NCBI RefSeq assembly: GCF_001194135.2 | Contig: NC_068996.1 | Location: 20,532,279 to 20,585,453, forward strand | DNA: 53,175 nt | Origin: Octopus bimaculoides | Taxonomy: Eukaryota | Direction of reading: 5' to 3' | Shown here: positions 12,360-25,300 of the stretch, in pieces | How the letters are laid out: every line of letters begins with the position of its first letter | How positions within the stretch are numbered: the stretch's first letter is position 1 | Program-made: the position numbers and the translations under genes | The notes under the pieces: generated by a model | The model's database searches: none | The model's input: only the letters and a program-made list of their open reading frames with translations | What the model was told of the DNA's origin: nothing

Positions 12360-15300
12360 NNNNNNNNNNNNNNNNNNNNNNNNNNNNNNNNNNNNNNNNN
12401 NNNNNNNNNNNNNNNNNNNNNNNNNNNNNNNNNNNNNNNNNNNNNNNNNNNNNNNNNNNNNNNNNNNNNNNNNNNNNNNNNNNNNNNNNNNNNNNNNNNN
12501 NNNNNNNNNNNNNNNNNNNNNNNNNNNNNNNNNNNNNNNNNNNNNNNNNNNNNNNNNNNNNNNNNNNNNNNNNNNNNNNNNNNNNNNNNNNNNNNNNNNN
12601 NNNNNNNNNNNNNNNNNNNNNNNNNNNNNNNNNNNNNNNNNNNNNNNNNNNNNNNNNNNNNNNNNNNNNNNNNNNNNNNNNNNNNNNNNNNNNNNNNNNN
12701 NNNNNNNNNNNNNNNNNNNNNNNNNNNNNNNNNNNNNNNNNNNNNNNNNNNNNNNNNNNNNNNNNNNNNNNNNNNNNNNNNNNNNNNNACATTATGACTA
12801 TACAATCTTTTTATGGGCAGGAAAATGGAATTGATGTGACTATTTTCAATCTATAGGCATAAGAGTGGCTGTGTAGTAAGTAGCTTGCTTACGAACCACA
12901 TGATTCCGGGTTCAGTCCCACTGCGTGGCATCTTGGACAAGTGTCTTCTACTATAGCCTTGGGCTGACCAAAGCCTTGTGAGTGGATTTGGTAGACGGAA
13001 ACTGAAAGAAGCCTATCGTATATATGTATATGTATATATATGTAATTGTGACAACTGATGCTGGTGTGTTTACATCCCCGTAACTTAGCGGTTCGGCAAA
13101 AGAGAATGATAGAATATGTACTAGGCTTACAAGGAATAAGTCCTGGGGTTGATTTGCTCGACTAAAGGTGGTGCTCCAGCATGGCCACAGTGAAATGACT
13201 GAAACAAGTATAGAGTAATCCCTTTTGAAACAACATATCAAAGACTATGCACCCACCTGTCTCCCAACAGAACCAAAGTTAGCAAGATTCCCAACCCTGG
13301 AGTTTTTTTCTTTATACTCTTGAGATTATATAGGCATTTGTTTCTTTGTCCAGTGAATCCAGTTATACACACTGTTAGCTAAAGCTTGTACAATAATATA
13401 ATAATGTTTACACCTGTCAAATTCCAATTTTTTTTCTGATTCCATTATTATAAAATTTTAATAAACCCTATCTATCTTTATTAATGCATTCTTTACTGTC
13501 ATAAGTATTATATTTAACCTTTTTGATTCCTACTCACCTAAGACCTTCTCTGTTTCTGTTATACGAATTTCATGCTTAAAGTAGTCTAAATTAAAACCTT
13601 CCATCAAAATTTTATGTAAATTTATGCTCCAAACACCAGCTTAATACTGAGTTATTTTACTAAACTCTTCATTATTAACAAAATTTAAAATAAAATAAAT
13701 AGGGAGTGAATTTCAACAGAAATATGGTAACAAACGAGTTAAGCTGTTCAACCTGTAATTTACGTCCCGTTTTATTTCTTAAATTTTCATTCCTTCTTGT
13801 CTCTTCAGTTTAAAATTTAATGATTTCTGTCCTTCCTTAAATGTGAAATCCCTAATGTGGAAATTCAAACTAATTTAGTTTATGCTGCAAATAATTGTCT
13901 GTGTTCCTTAGATATAGAGATTAATAATGTAGAAACTAAACTGAGACTGTTAATTTTATTTTCACTGAATCTTTTGAAAAAAGAAATATTATTGAAATAG
14001 AGTAATGAGTACAAAGTAGGGTGTTATAGAAAAGATTATCATTTATTTGTTACTTGTTTCAATCATTGGACTGCAGCTATGATAGGGTACTACCTTGAAG
14101 GGCTTAGTCAGGCAAATCAACTTATTTTTTAAAGTCTGGTATTTATCCCATTGGTCTCTTTTGCCGAACCGCTAAGTTACAGGAATGTAAACAAGCTAGT
14201 ACTGGATGACAAGTAGTGGTAAGAACGCACACAGGTTGAAGACACGCGTGCACACACACACACACACACAGTTTCTGTCTACCAAATTATTGATCAGCTT
14301 GTGGCTAGAGAAGACACTTGCACTGTGTGCCATGCAGTAGGATTGAACCTTTAACTGCATGGTTACAGAATGAGCTTCTTAATCACACAGCCATGCCTGC
14401 ACCTATTATAGTAAAAAGTTGTTTTAGCAAAAGTAGTAATGGTGAAAACTAATCTGTAAAAAAAAAAAATTTCTTTTAAATATTTGAATTGATTCTATAA
14501 CTTTTGTGTAATTTCATGTATTTTAACCCTTTGCCTGTGCTATGTACTACATGATGCACAAAATATATTTCTTTAGCATCTATGCATCATATATGATATA
14601 CATTTCCAGTTTTTTTTTTTTTTTTATAATTTTTTTTTAACTACCAGAATAACTTAGGACTTAATATTATTCAGAACATGAAACCAGAGCTAACTAAAGG
14701 TCTGAAACAAATATAGGCATTTAGGACAAACCTATGAAAATAATTTGGACAGGCAAAGGGTTTATTCATTTTATTCTCATTTATGCTTTTATTTACTTTC
14801 TCCCCACCTTTCGATTTTCATTATTATTATTTTTTTTTTTTTTGACAGGGTGAATAATTGTGTTGGTTTTTCCAATTACAAATTCTTCATACTCTTCCTT
14901 GGTTATTCTCTACTATACTGTCTTTATATTGCTGCCACCTCTTTGCAGTATTTTATAGAATTTTGGACAGTAAGTGTAGCTTCCTCTTATAAATTTATTT
15001 TTAATCCTTTAGAGTCAGGTTTCCAATTAACATGTGGGTTGTTTCCATTAAACTGTATATAATTGGTATAAATTTTCACAAGAGCAACAAAAAACTTTGT
15101 TGGGTTAATGCAGTTATTAGAGTGAAATAGAATGGTTTTAAAATCTATGGGCATTAAAGACACAAATTAATGAAGAATTGCATGTTTAAAAATTTGAAAA
15201 GAATCAACTCTTTGATAGTAGTTCCAAAAGAAGATTAAGGAAATACACTGGAATCCTAGCCAGAAACATATGCAGAAAAATTATGCCTTTAATTACAGTG

Positions 15301-16530
15301 AAATTGCTAAATAATAATTTATATATACAAATAATACCTTATCTGTTTCCTGGTTGACTAAGAATTTTAGAGAAGTCCATATTGAGTTTTGGTTATTGGC
15401 TTTAAACTGAGATAAGCTCTGTTAATACACTGATGGCATCTGTATTCTGTTTATAGAATGGGTTGAAATCGACTAAGTAGATTGTGTTCTTGTTGATCAA
15501 AAGAGTTCACAGTATTACTGACAAGATACAAACCAACATCTGTTGGGTTGATTCTCTGAAATTTTATCAACTTAGCCTGCCACAGTTGCAATAGTGTAAG
15601 CTGAACATAATTCAAATGTTGGCAACCAGTGAAACCACAATGCCTTTTGTTACTTGATATGGTATGTAGCTTGGTGATCAGGGCATCTCATTAAGTTGAG
15701 GTGCTACTTCTTTGCATTGAGAGGACACAATTCTGGTAATAATGGACATATGATTAAAATGTTGTTGGAAAGAATTGCAAAACTGATTCTTCAAACTGAA
15801 CCCAATTGTAGTAGACCTAGGGGTAGATCAAGAATGGGATGATTGGATAATATCCATAATCTTAGTTGATTAGACTTGAGAATTCAGCTGGAAAGTGTAT
15901 TGACGGTTGCTTCTGATAGGACCCTATGGAAGAGGTAGGTTCCTAAAAACCCTATCCCATGGCCCTCTCAGGAATTGTGGGCAGAGAAAATGGATGGATA
16001 TAGTAATCCTTTAGAATTTTTTGTTCTATATTTAGGGATCCTAATATTCTATGTATCACATCTTCATAATTGGAATTTGCCAAAGATTAAAACATTTACC
16101 AGATGTTGATTGGAAGAACTGCTAAACTGTAAATAGATTGTAAAAAATTGTTGTCATACATTTCAGAAATGATATTAAATTTTCCATTTATTTATTTATA
16201 ATTTTAGTACGTGTCTCAAATGAGTGAGTGTTAGTTACCAGAATCGAACTTGTTATTTATAATGTTGAGATATTTAACCACTCAGTAATAACTTTCATAT
16301 TGCAAATATGTAATTTCAGTGAATCAATGAAAAAAAAACTGTTTGAAAAATTTTGTCTCTTGTTTAGGAAGAAACAATGTCCATCATAAATACAGGCATC
16401 ATTATTTTCTGTTATGTAATTGTGTATGTATGTGTGTGTGTATATATATTTATAGATACTTTTCTGTTATGTAATTGTGTATGTGTGTGTGTGTATACAC
16501 ACATATGTATGTATGCACATGCCTCCCCCT

Positions 16531-16584
<54 letters not shown>

Positions 16585-18166
16585 TGATGTATGTATGTGT
16601 GCAGGAATGAATGTCTTGGATCCTCATTTCAGGATATTTTTTACATCGAAATGATTATTCCTCAGGTCAGTAAAATAGCACACACTCCACATAAAAATGT
16701 TCTGATTATAAAATATCCTTTGTGTGTGCATATGATATGTGTAGATAAATACACACACACACACACACACACATACACCCATGCACATATTCAGTAGAAT
16801 TCTATTTAGTATTGTTTTATGTTGAATGAGAAAATGACAAAAAAATGACAAAAGAAGGCAAAACATTTCTGGAATGCTGCTGTTCATTGACTTCTGTGTT
16901 ATTGTTATTAACAACTTCACTGATATTTGGTGGTAATATTTTCTGATGGTATAATCTTGTAATGGAGTCCTACATACATCACTTTGCTCCCCACCCCCAC
17001 CCCCACTCTCTCTCTCTCCAAGTGCCAGAATATACAAAGTATAGGACTTGCAGCTTAATGCATGGGTCATAAGCTGACTTTAAAAACAAAGAATAAATAA
17101 AATTCTTGATCAGGAACTAAACCACCACTTCCAGATTGATGGTTGGACTCTCTAGATCAGGGGTTCTCAACCATTCTTTTTTTATCTCTGGACCCCTTTC
17201 ATTACTATTTTATTCTAGTGGAACCCCATAGCCATTTGATGTTTAAAAAACTAGTTTTATAGAAATTTCTTTCAACATTCTCATTTTGTTTTTCATACAT
17301 TAACTTGTGTGGGTTGAAGTATGTAAAATGTTAGAGAAAGAAACCTAGGAGTTTCTTGCAATACATACATCTAAAGTAAAAAAAATTTTTTCAGGAGTCC
17401 TTAAAATACTATTGTTGATCCCTAATTATTTTGTTGTGTGGACCCCAAAAATCATATGGACCCTAGCTAAGAACCACTACTCTAGATATTGCAGAGACTT
17501 ACTTGTCTAGTGCAGTAATGATTTGCCACCTTAATAATAATGATGATAATAATATATGTTGGTCTTTGAAGAGCAAATATAAAGTTGATTGATTTAACCA
17601 TATTTGTGCAGATGGGTTAGTCAATGAGAGTAAATTTCGGAAGAGGAACTCTGTTTTGGTGGCAGGAGAATGGAGATTAACAGCTGCTAGTACTGAGTAT
17701 TTACATAAGGAAAATATTTAAGAAAGCTATTGTGACTGACATTTGGCAATAAAGGAACATTACACCTGAAGTTTGGGATTGGACAGTTTGTCTGAGGCTG
17801 TGTTTTATAGTCACATACCATCCTTGTTGCCAACCATTTTAGCCACCTCTGACAAGATGCAAAGACACCAAATACACAAATTACCTATTCTAAAACTAGG
17901 ATACAGGCAGTAACATGGTTTCAGTAAGGTTTCTGTTGCCAATTTCTAACTTACTCTAAGTTGATATTAAACTGTTTGTCTCTCTTTCTCACTCACTCAC
18001 TCATTCACTCTCACACACACACACACACACACGTAATATATATATATATCAGTATTAATTACATATTGTTAACCCTGCACATACATAATATTTCATGCAA
18101 CTAGAGAAGCCTTCACTTTCAATTACTATAAATGTTTATGGAACCCCTTAAATGAAATTGCCTGTT

Positions 18167-18210
<44 letters not shown>

Positions 18211-19301
18211 TAATAGCAGCAGTAGCATATGTAGCAATCCTTACACATACTAATAGAATAAATTTACAGTAGCACATACTAGCCAGGCACATTCTGCATT
18301 TAAAATTATATAACATTCAATTGCATAGTTTTGTTATTGATATATGTTAATTATTGAATATTATATAAATGTTAAAACATATTTTATTGTTATTAATAGT
18401 CTGAAAATCTACATTTAACTTTCAGCTTATTGTTTACCATTCTCTCTCCCATAATTATGTGCATATGTGTGTATATCAGCGGAAGTGTGTAATTTTTCTT
18501 TTTTATAAAATTTATCCTTGCATTAGCTTTCTGTTAGGAATCTCCCAAGTCGTTTTGTTTGTATTTCCTTGTTAGTATGGGTTGAACAGGGACCTTATTT
18601 AAGATCGGATTTTACAGTTGGTCACTCTTCCTGTCACCAACCCTTTCCTGCTTCTGAGTAAGGGATCATCATCATTTCGCATCTGCTTTCCATGCTGGCA
18701 TGGGTTAGACGGTTTGACAAACTGATAAGCTGGGGAGCTGCACCAGGTTCCAATCTGATTTGGCATGGTTTCTACAGATGGATACCCTTCCTAATGCCAA
18801 CCAGCCCAAAAGTGTAATGGGTGCTTTTTACGTTCCACTGGCATCAGCCACAACTATGATTTCACCTGGTTTCATCAGTTTTCTCAACAATGGTATGTTA
18901 CCAAATGTCTTGGTCACTTATCATTGCCATTTTTAAAAAATCTTTGAAAGCACTGAGTGACTGGTTGTAATGCTAACAAATAATACAAACTTATTGTCTC
19001 ACTCAGGCAGTGACAAGTGAAGCTGTAGAATGTAAATATTTGTGCATATACACATGCGTGTATATGCACACATGCAAATATACATCGTCATCATACTAAC
19101 ATCCACTTTTCCGTACTCACATGGGTCAGACGGAGCTTTTTGAGGCAGATTTTCTATGGCCAGATGCCCTTCCTGTTTCCAACCCTCACCAGTTTCCAAG
19201 CAAGGTAATATTTCCCCATAGCTAGGCATGTTCTTGCAGAATAATGGAAATGAATGACAGTGAGACCCCTTTACAACTATTACTTGATGTCAAGGCAAGG
19301 A

Positions 19302-19396
<95 letters not shown>

Positions 19397-22300
19397 ATAT
19401 ACAAATGTTTGTGTGTATATATATGTACACACACATCATCATCATCATCATCATCGTTTAACGTTCGTTTTCCATGCTGGTATGGTGGGGGGGGTCTGGG
19501 AAGCCAGGAGGCTACACCAGGCTCTAATCTGATCTGGCAGTGTTTTCTACAGCTGGATGCCCTTCTCTACTTACAAGGCTTTGGTTGGTCCAGGGCTATA
19601 GTAGAAGATCCTTGACCAAGTGCCATGCAGTGGGACTGAACCCAGAACTAAGTGGTTGGGAAGCTAGCTTCTTACCACACAGCCACACCGGCACCTATAT
19701 GCATTTATACATATATATTTATATACATGCATATCCATATATGATGGGCTTCACACAGATTCTGTCCACTAAATTCACTCAGGCATTTGCTGTTATTTAT
19801 GATAGCAAACATTTCAAAACTATGTAGAATTTTAATAAGAGTTTGAAATGAAATACTCTTGCCTCCAAATTAAGATGTCTTTTTCAACAAATTTAAGGAA
19901 CAGAAATTCAGATTTTCTAAACATGCAAATCTCCAAATTTATTTCCATTCATGGAAATTAATTCATTGTTAAATTATGAACTATTAATTTTCTCAATTCC
20001 TGTTAGACACCTTTTTAATGAAATGAAGGATTTCATTTTAGGGATGTGTGTGTGTGTGTCTCTCTCTCTTATCTAGAAATAGCAGTTATATCTCCCTCAG
20101 ACCACTTTAAAAAGAGAAGGACACACCTAATGAAATCCTAATACCCATCCAAAGACCAAATAAAAAATGATAGGATGGTCATGACTGGATTTTCTTTAAT
20201 CATGTCTATTCAGTTGATATTGTCCTGAAGCTAAACAACAACTCACAAAAGGTGTTCCTGCTCTCCAAATCTTGTTAGTGAAAGTGAGTTGATGGAAACT
20301 GTAGAAACCCACCTGATAGAGTGTAACTGTAATTCAGCTTTGTTACAGTATGTTACACTGATTTTATTTGAGAGTTGCATTAAGGACACTCAGCTACTTA
20401 CTCTTGTATTTCAATGAGTTGGTCATCCATTTGATTGAACAACTGGACATCATGGTCCTGACTAATGAAGATTCATTAAGTTAGGACTGCATTACTAACC
20501 ACATGCATTAATTCAAACGTTGATGGTTGTTTTGTTTGGGCATCATATCCGTATGTCTCACTCTACCTGACTGACAACAGAACCCACTCTTACTTCACTG
20601 TTCAGTGGTCGTTAGTGATCATATATTTATTTGGAAAAAGAGGAGGTCAGTGGCTGATGTTGAAGAGAAAAACATAGATGAATTTTATGAAATTTATATT
20701 AAATTGAAGGTACAACTAGATATTCATATTATAACAAAAGTAGTTTGGCTGTTGGTATCATCTTTTGGGCATAAATATAAAATGGTCTGTCATGAGTATC
20801 CAAACGCATTTGAATATATATTCATTATTTGTGTGTGTACATTCCCAAAGAATAATGCATATACTCACTGTTGTGAGTGTGTCTCTCCAAACAGATCTTT
20901 ATACATGTACCTGCTACTGTGTGTATGCATCTGTATGTGCATGTGGCAATTGTATGTTATATTGAACATCTTTAAGCAGTGTATATTTTTTCTCCTTATT
21001 TATGAAGCAAAATTTTAGATGTTTAGTGCCTGTTTCCAAGAGCAAATATGTTTTATTTTTTAACGTACAAATAAATTCTAAATGATAAAAAAATGAGTTC
21101 AGTTAACTTTTAAAATAAAGATCTTGTTTCCCAGTTAGTTGAATGTACTCAACTATGTGCATTACTTTTATTTTTTGTTAAAAACTAAAGTACTATCTGT
21201 AAATGTTTCAACCAGCTTTTTTTCCAGGTTACTGACTCAATTCTCTTTCCATTCTCCCCAGGTTAACAGCAATACTCCTACAGCTGGGAGATTCCACATT
21301 CTTTTCTTGTTCTTTGTCTCAGTAATGTTTGGTTGCAGTCTTATTTCACTATTTTGCTACCACATATTTTTGATTCTTCGTAATAGAACAACACTTGGTA
21401 AGAATTTCACTTACATTTCAACTCCATCTCTACTTTAAATCTCAATAACATATTGGTGTGAACAAAGTTGAATAAATCCCTCTTTTAATAATCCCTAACC
21501 TTTTGCTGGTATTAAAAGTAATGAAAGTTGTATCACCTTTGAATCCTAGATTAGTCCCTGTGAAGAAATGTTTGCAGTAATTTCCTGGAGAACATTACCC
21601 TGGTATTACCTTCTCTAAGTCTATCACCTGTTATGACAAGACTATCAGATATTATACACCACCAATCACAATGTACTTCAGTTCTTTCTTGATTGCATCC
21701 TTTTCCATCTTGGTCAAATTGTTTAACTAAATTGTCTTCCCATCGAGTGGCCACTTCCAATTTTTTGGATACCACTCGGCAACTGCACTGGTTTACCTGT
21801 TGTCTGTGAATCTTGCAACATGTCTGGTACTTTTGATATTCTGCAGTCATGTTGTTCACTCTGCTTCATTTTTGAATCACTTCATAGTAGCTTATCTTGC
21901 TCTTGTCTATATAAATGCAAGTACAATGGTGCCATTTAAGGGACTAGCACATAAGATCTTGTCCTGCTTTGCTTTGAGCACTTCTTTTATTTAGTTAAGT
22001 ACCTTTTATCCTGCCCTTATGTTTCTTGGGATTTTAGTGTCCATGTTTTGGTGCATATTCTCTGTGTTCCCCTAATAGACATACTCCTTTACCCCATCAA
22101 TTTCATCGCTTATCACCTCTATTCAGCCTTGTGGTATATCTTTGAACTGCATATATTTTGTTTTCATGTGGTTCGTTTAAAGGTTTACTGCTGATCTATG
22201 GTTGTCTATATATGAGAGGACTTAAAGTCAGTACTAAAACCTAATCCTGTTAAGAGAGTATTGTAGTTCGCTTGAAGCATTGTGTATTGTTTGTAAAGAA

Positions 22301-25300
22301 TAAAAAGTTTAGAATGGTACAACAATGCACTATAAAACAAAAAATGGACTATATACCTGTTGTAATTTGGTTATCTATAGTCCGATGATATTTCGGAATT
22401 ACAATTCCTTCTTCAGATCTTATTTGCTGGAGTCTCTGCTATAAACTGTTAATTTACAATACCATCATTTGTTGCTTACAGCATGGCCTATACCTAACTT
22501 ATTGTGTCTATTTACTATTAAATGGTGTAAGCCAACCAAAGAGAATTTAAATCTCTTGGCATGGCCATTGTTTGTTGCCATTGCACAAATTGTTGACCCG
22601 ATGTCTTATAGATTCAACTGTCAGCACCATTCCCTTGTCACACTTTAATTTCAGTATGAACTACAAAGTAGTGATGGTGGATTAAGTGATAAAAGCAAAA
22701 ACCTAACACACTTTTCTACCTCATCTATATTCCAGAGGCGTTCCGAGCTCCTATTTTCCAAACAGGTCCAGATAAAGATGGTTTCAATATTGGAAAAATG
22801 AACAATTTTATACAAGTTTTTGGTGATAATAAATATAAAGTAGCTTTGCCAGTTTACACAAGGTAAGATTTATTGATAAAACATTTTATATAGCTTATGA
22901 TGTGTGTGCGTGTTTGTATTGATGGATGAAAATAATGTTAATTTTGCAAAAGTTCAGATGTTGCTAGAAATATCTAAATTATAGGTAATATAAGTTGGAA
23001 GAAATTATTCAATGGTTACTTTAACTTATTAGCTGCCTTTTTAGGAATATAGATTTACTACTGGTGTGATGTGGTAAGAGGGGTAAATGCTAGAACCCTT
23101 GGTTGGAGAGCCCATATGGTGGGAGAAAATAGAGAGAAGTGGCAGGTGAGTCAGTTGTTGTTTGCTGATGATACAGCACTGATGGCGGATTTGGTAGAAC
23201 AACTGAGGAGACTGGTGGTAGGGTTTGGAAGAATGTGTGAAAGGTGGAAACTGAAAGTGAATGTAGTTGAGAATAAGGTGATGAGATATTCAAGAGATGG
23301 AAGGGCTGGTAGGATGGATGTGAGTATAAATGGTAAGATGTTAGAGAAGGTGAGTGTTTTTAAGTATCTGGGATCACATGTGACAGCAGAGGGAGGTGAG
23401 GTTGGATGAGGAAGTGGGATGTAGAGTGAGGAAGGGGAGTAAGACACTTGGAGTTGTGAAAGGTATGCTGAGAGATAAACGGTTGAGTATGAAAGCAAAA
23501 AGAGGTGTGTATGTGGGCATGATTGTGCCAACAATGTTATATGGTGCAGAGATGTAGGGGTTGAGATAGGTGGAAAGGAGGAAACTAGATGTGTTTGAGA
23601 TGAGATGTTTCAGAGCTATGGTTGGTGTGACATGGCTGGAGAGGATGAGGAATGAGGAGGTACAAAGATGAGCAGCAATGAGAGAAAAACTAACAACCAA
23701 ATTGGATAGACGAATGTTGAGGTGGTTTGGCCACATAGAGAGGATGGATGAGAAGCGGATGTTAAGGAGGGTGATGAAGACTGAAGTGGTAGGTGGCAGA
23801 TCTTGGCTTGTGTGCATGGATGAAGTGAGGAAAGCTTTGGTAGTTACAAGTGTTGGAGTGAGAGGGGCAAGAGAGTTTATAAATGCGAGGAAAGCTTGGA
23901 GAGTGTTTGTGAATGGATGAGTGAATTTTGATGTTACTCAAAGGGGTACTGAACCAGCATGATGCAGCAGAGGTAAACCAGCAAATACTGTCGGGCCCCC
24001 TGCTGATCCTAGGATTGCGTTCTATGTCTTAACCCGAGCATAGAACGGGGCTTGCCTCTTTGAGCTGGAAAATGAATAGAATGCCTGATGTGTGTCTTGC
24101 TGTGACTACCCACACCTAAAAAAAAAAAACAAATGGAGAATAGGCCTGGGTATATATGACTTTAACTTATCAAATTTGCCTCAAAACTGTTGACTGAAGA
24201 TAGTTTTAAAAAGCCTCACTAGTCTCAAAGACTGTATTCAGTGGTTTAAATCTACCCAGCCCTCACTGTATACAGTGGTTGATGTTAGAAAGAACATACA
24301 GTTACATAAACCTATTCAGCCCTCATTGTATACTGTGGTTAATGTTCATGAGAATTTTCAATTATATATACACTCCACCCCCCCCCNNNNNNNNNNCCAA
24401 CCACTTGTAATGCAGGTGTGGTTGTGAAATTTACTTCCCAACCACATGCGTATGGGATCAGTCTCATTGGGTTATGTCTTAGGCAAAAGTGTCTTCTGTT
24501 ATAGCTTCATGCCAACCAAAGCCTCGAAAGTGGATTTTATAGACAGAAACCCATCATATATGTTTGCGTTTACCCCCACCATCACTACTCAACAACTGGG
24601 GTTGGATTGCTTACATCTCAGTAAATGAGGCTGATAGAATAAATACCAGGCTTAAAATAAGCACTGGGGTCTATTTGTAAACTAAACTCTAGCATGGCTG
24701 CAGTCCATTAGCTGAAACAAGTAGAACGATAAAAGATTGATTGAGGAGATACATATCTATAATAGCATCCAGAAGCTTGTTTCATCTGTTTGTAACTAAA
24801 CAGTGAAAAATCACCTGTTGAATATACACATCCTGGCAGTAGAGAAGTGTGTTCAGGTGTGAATGTAGTCATTGTCATGCAACCAGTTCCTCTTGTGCTG
24901 CAGAACCATTGATGACTGCAGTTAGTTTTGTCTTCTGTGATAGCAAGGGTTTGGGCCAGCCCTTATTCTGGCACTTGCTGCCATCTCCCAAAATATTTCT
25001 TCTTTAAGAATTCTTGTTTAATTGCATCACCGATGAGAAAGGATTGTGAGAAGCATTGCTATACGTGTGTATGTGTATTCTGATAAAGGCATCTTTGCAC
25101 TGAATATTATTTACAACTGCTATTTATCATCTTTTACTTTCAGTTGTGGAGATGGTGTGTCTTACCGCTCTAGAACCTCTACAGGAAGCTGCTATCAGAC
25201 TATGGGCACAAGTGCTGGGTTGTTATTATCTTTCTCTGTTCATTGCTAATAATACATACAATCTTGATTTTTCTCAACTGTAAATTGTTTCATGGGAGAT

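Noticed and set aside
13809-13836. After a strong acceptor (cttcttgtctcttcAG), the phase-2 frame reads LKFNDFCPS, with the same spacing as LKMDHHCPW
   Set aside because: All four catalytic-motif codons differ, two upstream codons are missing and no GT donor follows; most likely coincidence, not the missing exon
16368-16415. Possible 48-nt in-frame exon [16 protein letters not shown]
   Set aside because: Donor TAT/GTAATT is weak, the 3' half lies in a local microsatellite-associated duplication and there is no family homology
19244-19615. ORFs rich in HT, CV, IY or YI repeats and ORFs containing X runs
   Set aside because: Translations of (CA)n, (TA)n microsatellites or N gaps
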